Shown here: piece after piece, positions 20,510-30,915 of the stretch
Numbering within the stretch: the stretch's first letter is position 1
Layout of the letters: each line of letters begins with the position of its first letter
NCBI GenBank assembly: GCA_051003195.1
Contig: JBPCLP010000017.1
Location: 41,228-105,227, forward strand
DNA from: Candidatus Sumerlaeaceae bacterium
Lineage (GTDB): Bacteria; Sumerlaeota; Sumerlaeia; Sumerlaeales; Sumerlaeaceae
Direction: 5' to 3'
Length of the DNA: 64,000 bases
Translations under genes and position numbers: made by a program
Notes under the pieces: model-generated
The model's input: only the letters and a program-made list of their open reading frames with translations
Databases searched by the model: none
Told to the model about the DNA's origin: nothing

Positions 20510-21289
20510 GTGAATCCATTCCGATTCTTCCCGATCTACCGGCGCGAATTGAAGAGCTACCTCACATCGCCCGCTGTCTACGTCTGCATGGCACTTTTCT
20601 TTTTTCTAAGCGGCCTGATATTTTACGGTATTCTTGTCGATTTCAGCCGCGCCAGCGCCGATGCAGAGTACCGGCGCGAGCGCAATATCGACGAGGTGAA
20701 CTTCACGCTTCTCGTCGTGAAGCAACTGTACTTCGCCCTCAACTTCCTTCTGGTATTCGTGGTGCCCATATTCACCATGCGACTGCTCGCCGAAGAAAAG
20801 AAAACCGGTACTTTTGAACTCCTGAAGTCGCTCCCGTTTACCGATTGGAACATCGTGATCGGCAAGTTTTTGTCCGCCTTCACGCTGCTGGCTGTCATGC
20901 TGCTCGGCACCGGCTACTATGTGATTGTGATGATGCGATTTGGCAAGCCTGAGTTGCCGGTTGTGGGAGTCGCGCTTTGCGGGGCCCTGCTTTCCGCCGC
21001 CGCGTACACTGCCATCGGTGTATTTGCCTCGGCGCTGAGTGAAAATCAGATTGTTGCAGCCATTGTCGCCTTTGTTGCTCTACTCGGCTTCTTCTTAGTC
21101 GGCGAGATAGTACCGGCTTCGTCGGGCGGCTGGGGTCGGATCCTGGAATTTCTTTCGCTGCGATACCACACGGATCAGTTCGCCCGTGGGCTCCTGCGCC
21201 TTGAAGACGTTGCTTACTTTGTGATGCTGTCGGCGGTGTTCCTTTTTCTGACGTGCCGCAGCCTCGAGTTGCGAAGGTGGCGCGTATAA
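20510..21289 (+). CDS. ABC-2 type permease (GldF-like)
   Basis: RRELKSYL, TMRLLAEEKKTGTFELL, ENQIVAA. Confidence 0.9.
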   Translation: MNPFRFFPIYRRELKSYLTSPAVYVCMALFFFLSGLIFYGILVDFSRASADAEYRRERNIDEVNFTLLVVKQLYFALNFLLVFVVPIFTMRLLAEEKKTGTFELLKSLPFTDWNIVIGKFLSAFTLLAVMLLGTGYYVIVMMRFGKPELPVVGVALCGALLSAAAYTAIGVFASALSENQIVAAIVAFVALLGFFLVGEIVPASSGGWGRILEFLSLRYHTDQFARGLLRLEDVAYFVMLSAVFLFLTCRSLELRRWRV

Positions 21290-21320
21290 TGGAACGTCTG
21301 TCTGGTGTGAAAGCGCAGCG

Positions 21321-22931
21321 ATGAATTACCAGAAAACGGTCACGTTTATCGGATTGGTGCTGCTGCTGACCGGCCTCGTGGTCACAGGTCTGTTCGGCCG
21401 TTTTACCACAGTATCTACCGTGCTTTGCCTGGCTGGAATGGCTGCGGGCTCGTTTCTCTTCTTACCACGGGTTACCAGGAACAGGTGGCTCTATCTCAAC
21501 ATGGCCCTGTATTCGGTCCTGGTTTGTTCTACGCTCCTGGTGTTCTACTTTATCTTACTTCGTCACCCCGCGGTGTACGATGCAACTTCCGGTAAGCTGT
21601 TTAGCCTGTCTCCAATCACAAAGAATTTTCTCTCCCGCGTGCAGGAGCCCGTCCATGCCGTGGCGTTTTATGGCGACAAGGCAGAGCGTACCGAAAATGC
21701 GCTCATCCTCGGCCAGTATGCGCGATATGCGCCACAGTTTACCTATGACATTTTTAATCCGTTCTCGGATGTCGCTGAGACGCGTCGATTCGGACTTAAT
21801 GTTTCTCCCGGCGACATCTATCTCGAGAAGCTTACCACGGGCAGTAAACAGGTCGCGCGCACCATTAAAGTCAGCAAAGCAGCCGAAGAGGACATTACCA
21901 ACGGGATCGTGCAGCTGCTACGAGGCAGCGATGTTACCATTTATTTTCTTACGGGACACGGCGAGCCCGAACTTGAAGAGGACAAAGTTGCCAAAGCCAT
22001 GGGGCAGGCAAGCCAACAGCAGAACGATCTCTTCTGGCTCAAGGAGCAGCTCCAGCGCAGTTACATTAAGGTCCTGCCTCTTAGCCTGGGCCATCGCGGC
22101 CGCGTCCCGTCAGACGCAAGCGCAGTCGTTATTGCGGCACCGCGAATGGATCTGACTGTAAACGAGCGCGAAGCACTGCTTTCATACCTGGATAAAGGCG
22201 GCCGGGCAATGTTCATGCTCAACCCGGACATACCGCAACTTGGTAAACAAATCCAGACTTCCCTTACAAACTGCTCCGCTATACTGGAACGATACGGAAT
22301 TCTGAGCCCGCCGGAGATTGTCGTCATGCCCTTGCAGCCGTCCAAGGGCGGCGGCGATATTTATACCGTTACAGCGACAGCCAAGCCCCACAGCATCACC
22401 AGGTTGCAGGGCAACAACACCCTGGTTTTTGGCCAGGCTCGTCCCCTGGCTCTATCGAAGGCGATTCCTGAAAACACGTTCCTCGAAACTCTGCTGGTGA
22501 GTGGGCCGCAAGGCTGGCGCATTCCCGTGGAAGAATTCGCGAAAGCAATCCTTGGCGGTGAGAAAATCAGCATCGGTGCGAATGTGAAGGACCTCGCACC
22601 TCAAACGCTTGCGGTTGCGGCGACACATAATACGCCCGGCAAGGGCGACGAGAACGCAACGCGCATAGTCGCCATTGGAAATGGCAACTTTGTCACCAGC
22701 CGCTACGTCGACCAGAACAGCTGGCTTTTTTTCCTGAACGCGATCAATTGGATGACCAACTCCGCAGACCTTATTGCCATTCCAAGCAGCCGCATTGAAA
22801 ATACACCGGTGGTCATCTCGGACGAACAGGCTCGCTTCCTCTTTATCCTGCTGGTGATCGCAATACCTGCCTTAATCGGCCTGGGTGGCCTGGGTTACAC
22901 CATCTCGCGCAGAGGAAACCTCGGCGTATGA
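21321..22931 (+). CDS. GldG-like ABC auxiliary component
   Basis: N-terminal TMs, D.T..KLFSLS, YFLTGHGE, FFLNAINW, C-terminal TM. Confidence 0.85.
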   Translation: MNYQKTVTFIGLVLLLTGLVVTGLFGRFTTVSTVLCLAGMAAGSFLFLPRVTRNRWLYLNMALYSVLVCSTLLVFYFILLRHPAVYDATSGKLFSLSPITKNFLSRVQEPVHAVAFYGDKAERTENALILGQYARYAPQFTYDIFNPFSDVAETRRFGLNVSPGDIYLEKLTTGSKQVARTIKVSKAAEEDITNGIVQLLRGSDVTIYFLTGHGEPELEEDKVAKAMGQASQQQNDLFWLKEQLQRSYIKVLPLSLGHRGRVPSDASAVVIAAPRMDLTVNEREALLSYLDKGGRAMFMLNPDIPQLGKQIQTSLTNCSAILERYGILSPPEIVVMPLQPSKGGGDIYTVTATAKPHSITRLQGNNTLVFGQARPLALSKAIPENTFLETLLVSGPQGWRIPVEEFAKAILGGEKISIGANVKDLAPQTLAVAATHNTPGKGDENATRIVAIGNGNFVTSRYVDQNSWLFFLNAINWMTNSADLIAIPSSRIENTPVVISDEQARFLFILLVIAIPALIGLGGLGYTISRRGNLGV

Positions 22932-24730
22932 TGAGCTGGAAACGCACGATATTCGCCGCCGTCGCACTGGTGTTGGTATGTATGGCCTATCGGCTCGATG
23001 TAGTCCTGCGCCAAAAGAAAATTGTCGATATCACGAACGCGGTTTCGCTCGCACAGGGTGTGGACGTGAGCGCGGTGGGCGAAATCCTGTTAAAGAATCC
23101 TGGTGGACGAATACGGTTGCAGCGCACGACCGACGGCTGGCGTATACTTGAACCTGCGAATGCACCTGCCGACCCGGAGACTGTCGAGACCACGCTCATC
23201 AATCTTACCGCCGCCCGTCGCACCAACGAGAACCACGTGAAGAATTTAGCGGAATACGGGCTCGCAAATCCCGAAATTGAAATCTCCCTCGCACCCATGC
23301 CGGGTAAGAAGTTTAGCAACGATTTGCCGACAAGCTTCTCTCTCCAGCTAGGTAATGAATCTCCGTATACTGGGCTGGTCTTTGCAAAGTATCCCGATAA
23401 ACCTAACGTGTTTACGGTCGGTATGCAGGTGAAGAGCGCGCTGTTGCGGAGCGCTGGTGATTTCCGCAGGTCGCGGCTGTTTGATATCGATACCTCTTCT
23501 CTCGAACAATACAGCAGTCTCTCGGTGCGAACCCCCACGGGTGAGGTAACACTCAGGAATGACGTGGGCCGGTGGAAAATCACATCACCGTTTGAGGCTC
23601 CTGCGGAAAACAGTATTGTCCGGGATCACCTGAACAAAATCGGCCTGTTGCGTGCGAACAGTTTTCTCAGTCAGGCAAGCGACAAACCGACCAGCATGGC
23701 AACGGCGCTACAGGCGCTTACCAGCCCCAGCCTCACAATCACGCTCGAAGGAGCGCGAACCAGGCCACAGACGCTGATTGTCGCGCAGGCTCCCGCGGAA
23801 AATGGTAGTGTCTATGTCGCGCAGCGCGCCGGAGAGCAGGAGATCATGGCGCTTCGGGCAGAAACAATCGAAGAGTTGCGACAGGACGCACAATATTTCC
23901 GATCGCGTGACCTGTTTACATTGAAACCGGCGGACGTAGGACTTTTTACGGTGGAACTTGGGCGGGCGACCCCGGCAGCGCTCATTCGTAATGACAAGGG
24001 AGCCTGGGAAATGGTGGGAGACCCGGAATTCCGTGTTGACCAGACCGCCGTCAACGACAGGCTGGAAGCGCTGCTGCGCATCAAAGTTAAAGAATTCGTC
24101 AGCGCGCAGTCAAACGACCCCAGGCTCTATGGCCTCGACGTTCCGCGCCGCCGCTACACCGTCACCAGTATCGATAAATCCAGGACGGAAGTACTTGAGG
24201 CGGGAAGTACCGAGGCTGGTCGACCGGGAACCGTTTACGCCCGGCGCGCCGGCGACAATGGAGTTTTTACCGTCGAGCTTTCGTCGGACCTTAACATACT
24301 GGCTGCCTCCATCGCCGATAAGCATTTCGCCGCGACCGACATCAGCGCGCTCGTTCGTGCCGAGATTGATGTCGATAAGCAGACGTACACCCTCCGTGCC
24401 GAAGCAGGGGAGTGGCAGATTCTCAAGCCATCGCAGACGGCGTATGCCGCCATCGACATACGGCGTATGCAGGCGGTCGTCGACGCTCTGAATGAGCTCA
24501 CGTATGAACGCGACCTTACCGCAACCGGCCAGACAATCATTGCCCCCAAGGCGGGGCCGCCCCTGTCAATCCGGCTGTACGGTGCTGCCGATCGCGAATT
24601 GCTGGATCTGAATGTGACTAAGAGGCTCGGTTCCACAACGCTGGTCACCAGCGCAAAGAACAGGACGTTCGAAGTATCCAGTCCAGCCATAGATCGACTC
24701 TACGCGCTGGCTCAGTCGCTCGTTCAATAG
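22928..24730 (+). CDS. DUF4340-like repeat membrane-anchored protein
   Basis: N-terminal TM; repeated W.I..P...PA and YGL..P units; usual partner of GldG-type ABC modules. Confidence 0.75.
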   Translation: MMSWKRTIFAAVALVLVCMAYRLDVVLRQKKIVDITNAVSLAQGVDVSAVGEILLKNPGGRIRLQRTTDGWRILEPANAPADPETVETTLINLTAARRTNENHVKNLAEYGLANPEIEISLAPMPGKKFSNDLPTSFSLQLGNESPYTGLVFAKYPDKPNVFTVGMQVKSALLRSAGDFRRSRLFDIDTSSLEQYSSLSVRTPTGEVTLRNDVGRWKITSPFEAPAENSIVRDHLNKIGLLRANSFLSQASDKPTSMATALQALTSPSLTITLEGARTRPQTLIVAQAPAENGSVYVAQRAGEQEIMALRAETIEELRQDAQYFRSRDLFTLKPADVGLFTVELGRATPAALIRNDKGAWEMVGDPEFRVDQTAVNDRLEALLRIKVKEFVSAQSNDPRLYGLDVPRRRYTVTSIDKSRTEVLEAGSTEAGRPGTVYARRAGDNGVFTVELSSDLNILAASIADKHFAATDISALVRAEIDVDKQTYTLRAEAGEWQILKPSQTAYAAIDIRRMQAVVDALNELTYERDLTATGQTIIAPKAGPPLSIRLYGAADRELLDLNVTKRLGSTTLVTSAKNRTFEVSSPAIDRLYALAQSLVQ

Positions 24731-24739
24731 CCTATTAAT

Positions 24740-25864
24740 CTAGCTGCCGTGTTGCAGATTCCCGTGTTCCATGCGATAAACGCTCTCGGCCTTTACAAAC
24801 CCGAGTACCGGCTCTTTTTCAGTGGCCGTGAGAAACGTTTGTACCCGCTCCGTCAGGCTGCCTAACAATGCAGCCCGTCGGTTCTCATCCAACTCGCTCA
24901 TGAGGTCGTCCAACAGCAACAGGGGAGGTTCGCGTGTGATTTCCTCCATGTACTCAAGCTCGGCGAGCTTCAATGCCAGTACACAGCTGCGCTGCTGCCC
25001 CTGGCTGCCATAATCCCGCGCGTTGTGCGTCGAAAGCATAAAATCAAAATCGTCGCGGTGTGGTCCCAGGTTTGTCGAACCACGCCGAATGTCCTCCTCA
25101 ACACTCCCGGTCAACGCGCGCAGCACTAGTGCGGGCGCATCACTTGCATCAAACACCTCCGCGCTGATTGCAATCGAAGGACGATACACCAGTTCCAGCA
25201 ACTCTTGGCTGCTTGCGATCATCGCATATTGCTTAGCTGCTTTGTCTGATAACTTTTGCAACATCCCGCGCCGAAAATGGATCAATTCACTTCCATGCTG
25301 AGCCAGTTGGCCGTCCCACACAAGCAGTTCGTCGCGAAGTTGGGCCCGATGCGCGTGCTGTTTCAGCAGCGCATTCCGCTGACGTAGCGCGAGATCATAC
25401 CTCTGCAAATGATACAGGTAGTGGCGGCTTACCTGGCTCGATTCTATATCCAGGAACCGGCGCCGTACTGCGGGTGCGCCACGGACCAGTTCCAAATCAG
25501 CAGGAGTAAACAGCACCGCATTTATCCGACCAATCAGATCACCCAGCCGCGAAATTGGCTCCCCGTTTACAAAGATGTTTTTCTCGCTCTGGTTAAAGGT
25601 AAGCAGGCATCGTTCCTCGCCTGTGCGTTTCTCCACACGTGCGCGTACCACGGTCGCTTCATAGCTGTCACGCACCCACGGGATCATCTCCCGTTCACTG
25701 GCCGTTCGAAAGCTGCGCCCTGTGACCAGCAGGTAAATTGCCTCAAGCAGGTTCGTCTTGCCCTGGGCATTCGCACCAAAAATCAGGTTCAGTCCGGGTG
25801 AGAATTCTGTTCGAACGTTTTCCAGGTTTCGGAAGTTAATTACCTGCAGCTCTCGTATGATCAT
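24740..25864 (-). CDS. recF: DNA replication/repair protein RecF
   Basis: NFRN, GANAQGKTNLLEAI, GPHRDD, GSQGQQRS, LLDDLMSELD. Confidence 0.96.
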   Translation of the reverse strand: MIIRELQVINFRNLENVRTEFSPGLNLIFGANAQGKTNLLEAIYLLVTGRSFRTASEREMIPWVRDSYEATVVRARVEKRTGEERCLLTFNQSEKNIFVNGEPISRLGDLIGRINAVLFTPADLELVRGAPAVRRRFLDIESSQVSRHYLYHLQRYDLALRQRNALLKQHAHRAQLRDELLVWDGQLAQHGSELIHFRRGMLQKLSDKAAKQYAMIASSQELLELVYRPSIAISAEVFDASDAPALVLRALTGSVEEDIRRGSTNLGPHRDDFDFMLSTHNARDYGSQGQQRSCVLALKLAELEYMEEITREPPLLLLDDLMSELDENRRAALLGSLTERVQTFLTATEKEPVLGFVKAESVYRMEHGNLQHGS

Positions 25865-25926
25865 CGCGTCATGTGGCTATGAAACTGGCCGATGAAATCT
25901 GTTGGCGGGTATCGAAGAGCGCTGCA

Positions 25927-26808
25927 TCATCTGTAGAGCGCGATATCCGACGCGGTGAAAATAAACAGCACTACGCCAACCCAGCTGTTAATCGTGAAGA
26001 ACGCCAGCTCAATTCGCCGCAGATCCTGTGGATTTACCACGAGATGTTCGGCGACCAGCAGACATGCTACTGCCGCCACGCCGGCGTAGTAGGGAACATG
26101 CAGCCCAGCCGCTGCACCAAGCAGAAGTAGCGACGCGATGCATGCGACGTGCAGTAGCCGCGCAAGCCACAGTGCAATCGCGACGCCGTAACGTGCCGGA
26201 ATCGAGAAGAGTCCCTGTTCGCGATCCACCTCGACGTCCTGGCACGAATAGATCAGATCGAACCCTGCCGTCCAAAGCAGTACTGCGATGCAAAGCAATA
26301 TTGGGATTAGCCCGAAATCCCCGCGCACCGCAACCCATGCACCCACGGGGGCGATGCCAAGTGCGAGTCCGAGTACAAAATGTGACCAGCTGGTGAACCG
26401 TTTGCAGTATGAATAGCCGAGCAGCACCACCAGCGCCACGGGCGACAGCGCCAGCGCCAGCGAGTTCAGCATTCCTGCACTTCCGACGAACAGCGCCGAG
26501 GAAACCAACGCAAGGCCCAGTACTACCATCTTTTCCATCTGCCCTGCAGGTATGGCTCGCGCTGCTGTTCGGGGATTTCGCGCATCGATCTCGGCGTCTG
26601 CCCAGCGATTAAAACACATGGCCGCAGTTCTTGCGAACACACAGCAAGCCACAATCCATAACACCGTAGCCGTGTCAGGCAGGCCTCGCGCGGCCAGCAT
26701 CATGCCGATAAGTGCGAACGGCATGGCAAAGATAGTATGCTGAAACTTGATCATTTCCAGTAGCACACCGGCTTTGTGAATGGCAGCCATCTTCACGACG
26801 CTACCCAC
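25927..26808 (-). CDS. UbiA-family polyprenyltransferase (MqnP-like)
   Basis: MIKFQHTIFAMPFA, FNRWADAEIDARNPRT, GFDLIYSCQD. Confidence 0.88.
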   Translation of the reverse strand: MGSVVKMAAIHKAGVLLEMIKFQHTIFAMPFALIGMMLAARGLPDTATVLWIVACCVFARTAAMCFNRWADAEIDARNPRTAARAIPAGQMEKMVVLGLALVSSALFVGSAGMLNSLALALSPVALVVLLGYSYCKRFTSWSHFVLGLALGIAPVGAWVAVRGDFGLIPILLCIAVLLWTAGFDLIYSCQDVEVDREQGLFSIPARYGVAIALWLARLLHVACIASLLLLGAAAGLHVPYYAGVAAVACLLVAEHLVVNPQDLRRIELAFFTINSWVGVVLFIFTASDIALYR

Positions 26809-26844
26809 TCAGTGCTTCATTATGGAATGATCTGGCTGCCCTGC

Positions 26845-28521
26845 TTAAAATTGCAGTCCAGCCAGCACAGAGCAAAGCCGATCCTGCGTTCCGCTTGGCG
26901 AGCCCCCGCGTGCTTTGTTTACAAGGAATGAAAAAGCCAGCGTGTGCTGAGGGTCTACCAGCAGGTAGCCAGATAAGCATTTGACGCCATTGATCGTTCC
27001 CGTTTTCGCATGAACGCGCTCCCGCAGCCGCTCCGAGTTCATTCGTCCGCGCAATGTGCCGTCGCGCCCGCTGATTGCCATGCTGTCGAAAAAATGCTGT
27101 GCGGAAGGATGCGTCAGCATGAATGTCAGCAGTTTGCATGTTTGGTTGGGCGACACTTTGTTCGCCTCTGATAATCCACAGCCATCAAAGGCCTGCACAT
27201 CGGCCGGCCTGATCCCGGCCCGCTGCAACAGGTTGTCTTCAAGTTTACGCGATGCCCGATAGCCGCCCCTGCCCAGCTTGTGCGCGCTCACTGCTACATA
27301 AACCTGCTCCGCCATGTGGTTATCACTGCGCTTCATCATGTGCCGCACGATCTCCGAAAGCGGCGGCGATTCTACCGCGGCCAGCAGCGTGCTGTCGTTC
27401 CAGCCGGGTACCATATTCTTGGCACTGATGATACGAACCGAGCCTTGGACGCCGATGTTCAACAACTTGAGGTGATGTCGAAAGTTCGCGGCCGCAAAAA
27501 GCGTGGGATTATCGCAAGGCAGCTCCGCGCCCTGGCCGGCTTTGTTGGCGCCCCCGGACACGGCAATCGCCCCCCCGCCAATCGGCCTGCGCACGCTCAC
27601 GCCACCTTTAGCGCCCGTCACAGTTTGATTGATCACGGGATACCCTGGCGCGGGCGGAGAAAATGTGATAACCCCCGATTTCCCTTTTTCGCCAGGGTTC
27701 ACGATCACTGTCATCAGATTCTCGTTCAGGGTCAGCGGGCTGGTCTGCGGTGCATAGTTGTCCTGCATCACGCGCGCCGGCCATCCCTGCGGGTAGAGGT
27801 CGCCCATATCCCAATCCGAGCAGTCGATGAGAAGGTCTCCGCGCACATACTTAATCCCGGCGTCGGAAACCTTTTTTGCCCAATCGCGGAACACCCAGTC
27901 CGAGTTGGCAGAGTTATACATCGTCTTCGAGAACGTGGGATCGCCGGACGGTTTCAATACCAGGTTGCCATTCAGCGTTCCTCCGCTATCCACCTCACCT
28001 GTTCGATATAGATAGGAGCGGAATCGGAAGTCCGGCCCAAGCTGATCCAGTGCGAGCGCGCCCGTGAACAGCTTGCGGTTCGAAGCTGGGATAAAAGCAG
28101 CATCTGGATTGTACTCGAATATGGTCTGTCCTGTCTGCTGCAGAACGACTTTCACTCCCCAGTACGAGGCCGCTGCAGAAGCGCGCACGATTGGCTCGAG
28201 AATTGAAGCCACATTCGCAGGCGTCGTAGAAGTGAGTACCTCTACGTGTGCGGTTTTGCTGCCACTGTCATCCGCGTCGTCATCGTCCGGGTTGCGGGTC
28301 TTCGATTTCGAAGTACTCTCGGTTGACGGCTTCTTAGTCTGGGCTTTGCTGACGGCGGCTTTGGTCTTGCCGCTACTTTTTGCCTTGCTCGTCTTTGTTG
28401 TAGCAGCAGAAGCATCGCCAACCGACGCAAACAGCAGCAACAAGGCGAGCAGACGGACAACACTACACGTCGCAAATCTTCTCAAATTTACATTTGAACC
28501 GTATAACTTAAAACTAAACAT
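26845..28521 (-). CDS. dacB: D-Ala-D-Ala carboxypeptidase/endopeptidase (PBP4, peptidase S13)
   Basis: PASNRK (SxxK), SDN, KTG motifs; signal peptide and K/S-rich linker. Confidence 0.92.
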   Translation of the reverse strand: MFSFKLYGSNVNLRRFATCSVVRLLALLLLFASVGDASAATTKTSKAKSSGKTKAAVSKAQTKKPSTESTSKSKTRNPDDDDADDSGSKTAHVEVLTSTTPANVASILEPIVRASAAASYWGVKVVLQQTGQTIFEYNPDAAFIPASNRKLFTGALALDQLGPDFRFRSYLYRTGEVDSGGTLNGNLVLKPSGDPTFSKTMYNSANSDWVFRDWAKKVSDAGIKYVRGDLLIDCSDWDMGDLYPQGWPARVMQDNYAPQTSPLTLNENLMTVIVNPGEKGKSGVITFSPPAPGYPVINQTVTGAKGGVSVRRPIGGGAIAVSGGANKAGQGAELPCDNPTLFAAANFRHHLKLLNIGVQGSVRIISAKNMVPGWNDSTLLAAVESPPLSEIVRHMMKRSDNHMAEQVYVAVSAHKLGRGGYRASRKLEDNLLQRAGIRPADVQAFDGCGLSEANKVSPNQTCKLLTFMLTHPSAQHFFDSMAISGRDGTLRGRMNSERLRERVHAKTGTINGVKCLSGYLLVDPQHTLAFSFLVNKARGGSPSGTQDRLCSVLAGLQF

Positions 28522-28725
28522 CTAAACTCCGGGAGAAACAGGCTAACTGACACGAACCCTGCGATGCGCCTGGGCCTTGTCAAAGGCCAATCACCCCTCT
28601 CAAACCCAGCGGCTTCAAGCGCCCGTTCACTTACATCGCAACTGGCACTTAACACGCTCTACTTTTAAATAAACAGCCCTTCGCCCGGATACAAAATGAT
28701 GTAAGCAGACAAGGATGAGTGTGCC

Positions 28726-29130
28726 ATGCCAGTAGTGATCAATGATCTAAAAACATTACTCGACCAAAGCAGCGCCACTGAAAACTTCAAGCAGGCGGTC
28801 CAGGACCTTCAGACTGGACGCAACCACCCTGCCATTCAGTATAATCGGGGTGTGCCTCCGGTTAAGGCGTTGCGGGCGATTAGCAAGTTACTCGAAGACG
28901 CGTCGAATGAGGCGATCGACTCTGTCGTCCTTCAAGGCCGCTCCGGCTGCAGCGACTTTGAGGGCACGATCCAGGTCAATGGTGGCGCCATGGAATACGC
29001 GTTCGTGTGGGACTGCGCCTGGCGCGCCGAGCAGGAAGGATTGCGTGATCATTGGGGCTCGCCTGACCAGATACGCGCCGCGCGTGAATTCGGTTACCAG
29101 TGCTTCCAGCAATTCACACGTACCAGTTAG
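28726..29130 (+). CDS. Hypothetical protein
   Basis: Clean ORF with AAGGA SD; SGCSDF, WDCAWRA, PDQIRAAREFG motifs. Confidence 0.7.
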   Translation: MPVVINDLKTLLDQSSATENFKQAVQDLQTGRNHPAIQYNRGVPPVKALRAISKLLEDASNEAIDSVVLQGRSGCSDFEGTIQVNGGAMEYAFVWDCAWRAEQEGLRDHWGSPDQIRAAREFGYQCFQQFTRTS

Positions 29131-29161
29131 TCCAGGTTACGATGCACTGTAATATGCGCCG

Positions 29162-29971
29162 TTGACACCGCAGGCGCTGCCCGCGGCGGACCACGAATTT
29201 CGCGGCGCTATCAGGTCGCGTTATTTTCGCGCGTTCCTCGCCCCTGCACCACTCGCAGTCCTGGCTTGCGGAATTCTCGCGAACATTATCCTGCATTACT
29301 GGGCTTTCGACGTCATATCCGAACGCTTCCACTGGTACCGAGACATGACTATGGTGATCCTCGGGCTGTCAGTGGACTTCTACCTGCTGTGCCTCGTGGG
29401 CCTCACTCACCATACGTTTCAGACTTACGCAAACTCAGGAATCTACCGTGACTTGCGCACTGCCGGCGTTCGAGCGTGGGACGTGTTCCGCCCCCTGCTC
29501 GAGGTGCTGATGGTGCTCATCATTGCCGACACCGCAATCGAAGCGCTGCTCGATATCGTACTGGGCCATCAGCCCGCAGGCCTGGCAGTGCTCGGCTACA
29601 TGCTCATGCTCGTTTATGCTTTTATCGCGGCGTTGTTTACCGGCTGCATTCTGGTGGCAATGAACCTGCTTCGCCTGCAGCTGGTCCTGCAATACTTTGC
29701 AATCCTGACGCTCAGCTTTTTGTCTCTGTCGGCGGTCAGCAAAATGGCTGACGCGTTGCAGCCATCCCTGCATGCATGGAATCCTGACAAACGCGCCGGC
29801 GGTCTGATGCACGCCATCGCCCGGCTTGCCGGTGCGCAATGGAACAACTTCTCGGATCAGTACGCTTATTACGCGGCACTAATCGCGGAAGGTGTGCTTT
29901 TCACCGTCCTTTCCGTACCGCTTTATGCATTAGTGCGCCGCATCTCTGAGGCACGCTTTCCGAAATTCTAA
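29162..29971 (+). CDS. Hypothetical integral membrane protein
   Basis: About 6 hydrophobic segments; fills the intergenic space. Confidence 0.6.
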   Translation: MTPQALPAADHEFRGAIRSRYFRAFLAPAPLAVLACGILANIILHYWAFDVISERFHWYRDMTMVILGLSVDFYLLCLVGLTHHTFQTYANSGIYRDLRTAGVRAWDVFRPLLEVLMVLIIADTAIEALLDIVLGHQPAGLAVLGYMLMLVYAFIAALFTGCILVAMNLLRLQLVLQYFAILTLSFLSLSAVSKMADALQPSLHAWNPDKRAGGLMHAIARLAGAQWNNFSDQYAYYAALIAEGVLFTVLSVPLYALVRRISEARFPKF

Positions 29972-30042
29972 AGTAGCAGTTGCAGGCGGCGCAATCCGTG
30001 ATCTGGATACGCGCAATCATGGTGCTGCTTAAGGACACGAGG

Positions 30043-30708
30043 ATGCATAAAATTGTAATCATGTTGCTGAGTATTTACACGTGCGTTTCGACCTGCGGTC
30101 TGGCTCAAGACAACCTGGACGGCTGGACGAAGTTGTTTAACGGTACCGACTTTACTGGCTGGACGCAGTTTTTGCCGCCGGACAGCAAGCTTAAGCCGGG
30201 CGACGTATGGTCGATCAAGGACGAGACTATCATCTGCCAGGGAAATGCAAACGGCTATCTCTCGACCGAGAAAGAATATTCGAACTACGAGCTGCGCCTG
30301 CAATGGCGTTGGGGCGATAAAGTGACTTCCAGCCGCAACAGTGGCGTGTTGCTCCACGTGAATGGTGCAGACAAACTTTGGCCGAAAAGCGCCGAGGCGC
30401 AATTGCAGTCGGGCAGCGCTGGCGACTTCTGGTTGATCGACAAGTTTAAACTCGAAATAGATCCCGCGCGTAAGGATCCCAAATCGGGAATTCACTATTT
30501 CCGCATGAAGGCTGAAGGTGTTGAAAAGGCGGTGGGCGAATGGAACCGCTATGACGTCACGTGCACGAGCGACACAATCCACCTGAAGGTGAATGGTCAG
30601 GTCGTTAACGAGGGCAGGCACCCGGAAACCTCACACGGCAGAATTTGTCTGCAATCCGAAGGCGCTGAAATCCATTTTCGCGATGTGCAAATTCGGCAGA
30701 TTAAGTAA
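30043..30708 (+). CDS. DUF1080 / 3-keto-disaccharide hydrolase family, secreted
   Basis: Signal peptide; LFNGTDFTGW, NSGV, GEWN, VNG, LQSEG..IHFR. Confidence 0.88.
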   Translation: MHKIVIMLLSIYTCVSTCGLAQDNLDGWTKLFNGTDFTGWTQFLPPDSKLKPGDVWSIKDETIICQGNANGYLSTEKEYSNYELRLQWRWGDKVTSSRNSGVLLHVNGADKLWPKSAEAQLQSGSAGDFWLIDKFKLEIDPARKDPKSGIHYFRMKAEGVEKAVGEWNRYDVTCTSDTIHLKVNGQVVNEGRHPETSHGRICLQSEGAEIHFRDVQIRQIK

Positions 30709-30915
30709 TGCACCACATGGCTTAACTTTAAGGAAGCCCGCACTTAAGAGCCGTCTGCCGCCGCTTTTTCACTTGTCAGCGCACACTGCTCGGGGTTTCG
30801 CTGGGGGCGCCATCAAACCTTTAGCGCGGTTTGCCGGTCTGTTGTGATGGCAGCTCTTGACCGACGAAGCATGTAGGAAGGGAGACTGCACCACTGTAGC
30901 ATTCAGGAGGAGAAG

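Noticed and set aside
19316..22931. Gliding motility function for the Gld-like genes
   Set aside because: Family resemblance only; no other gliding or T9SS genes in the window
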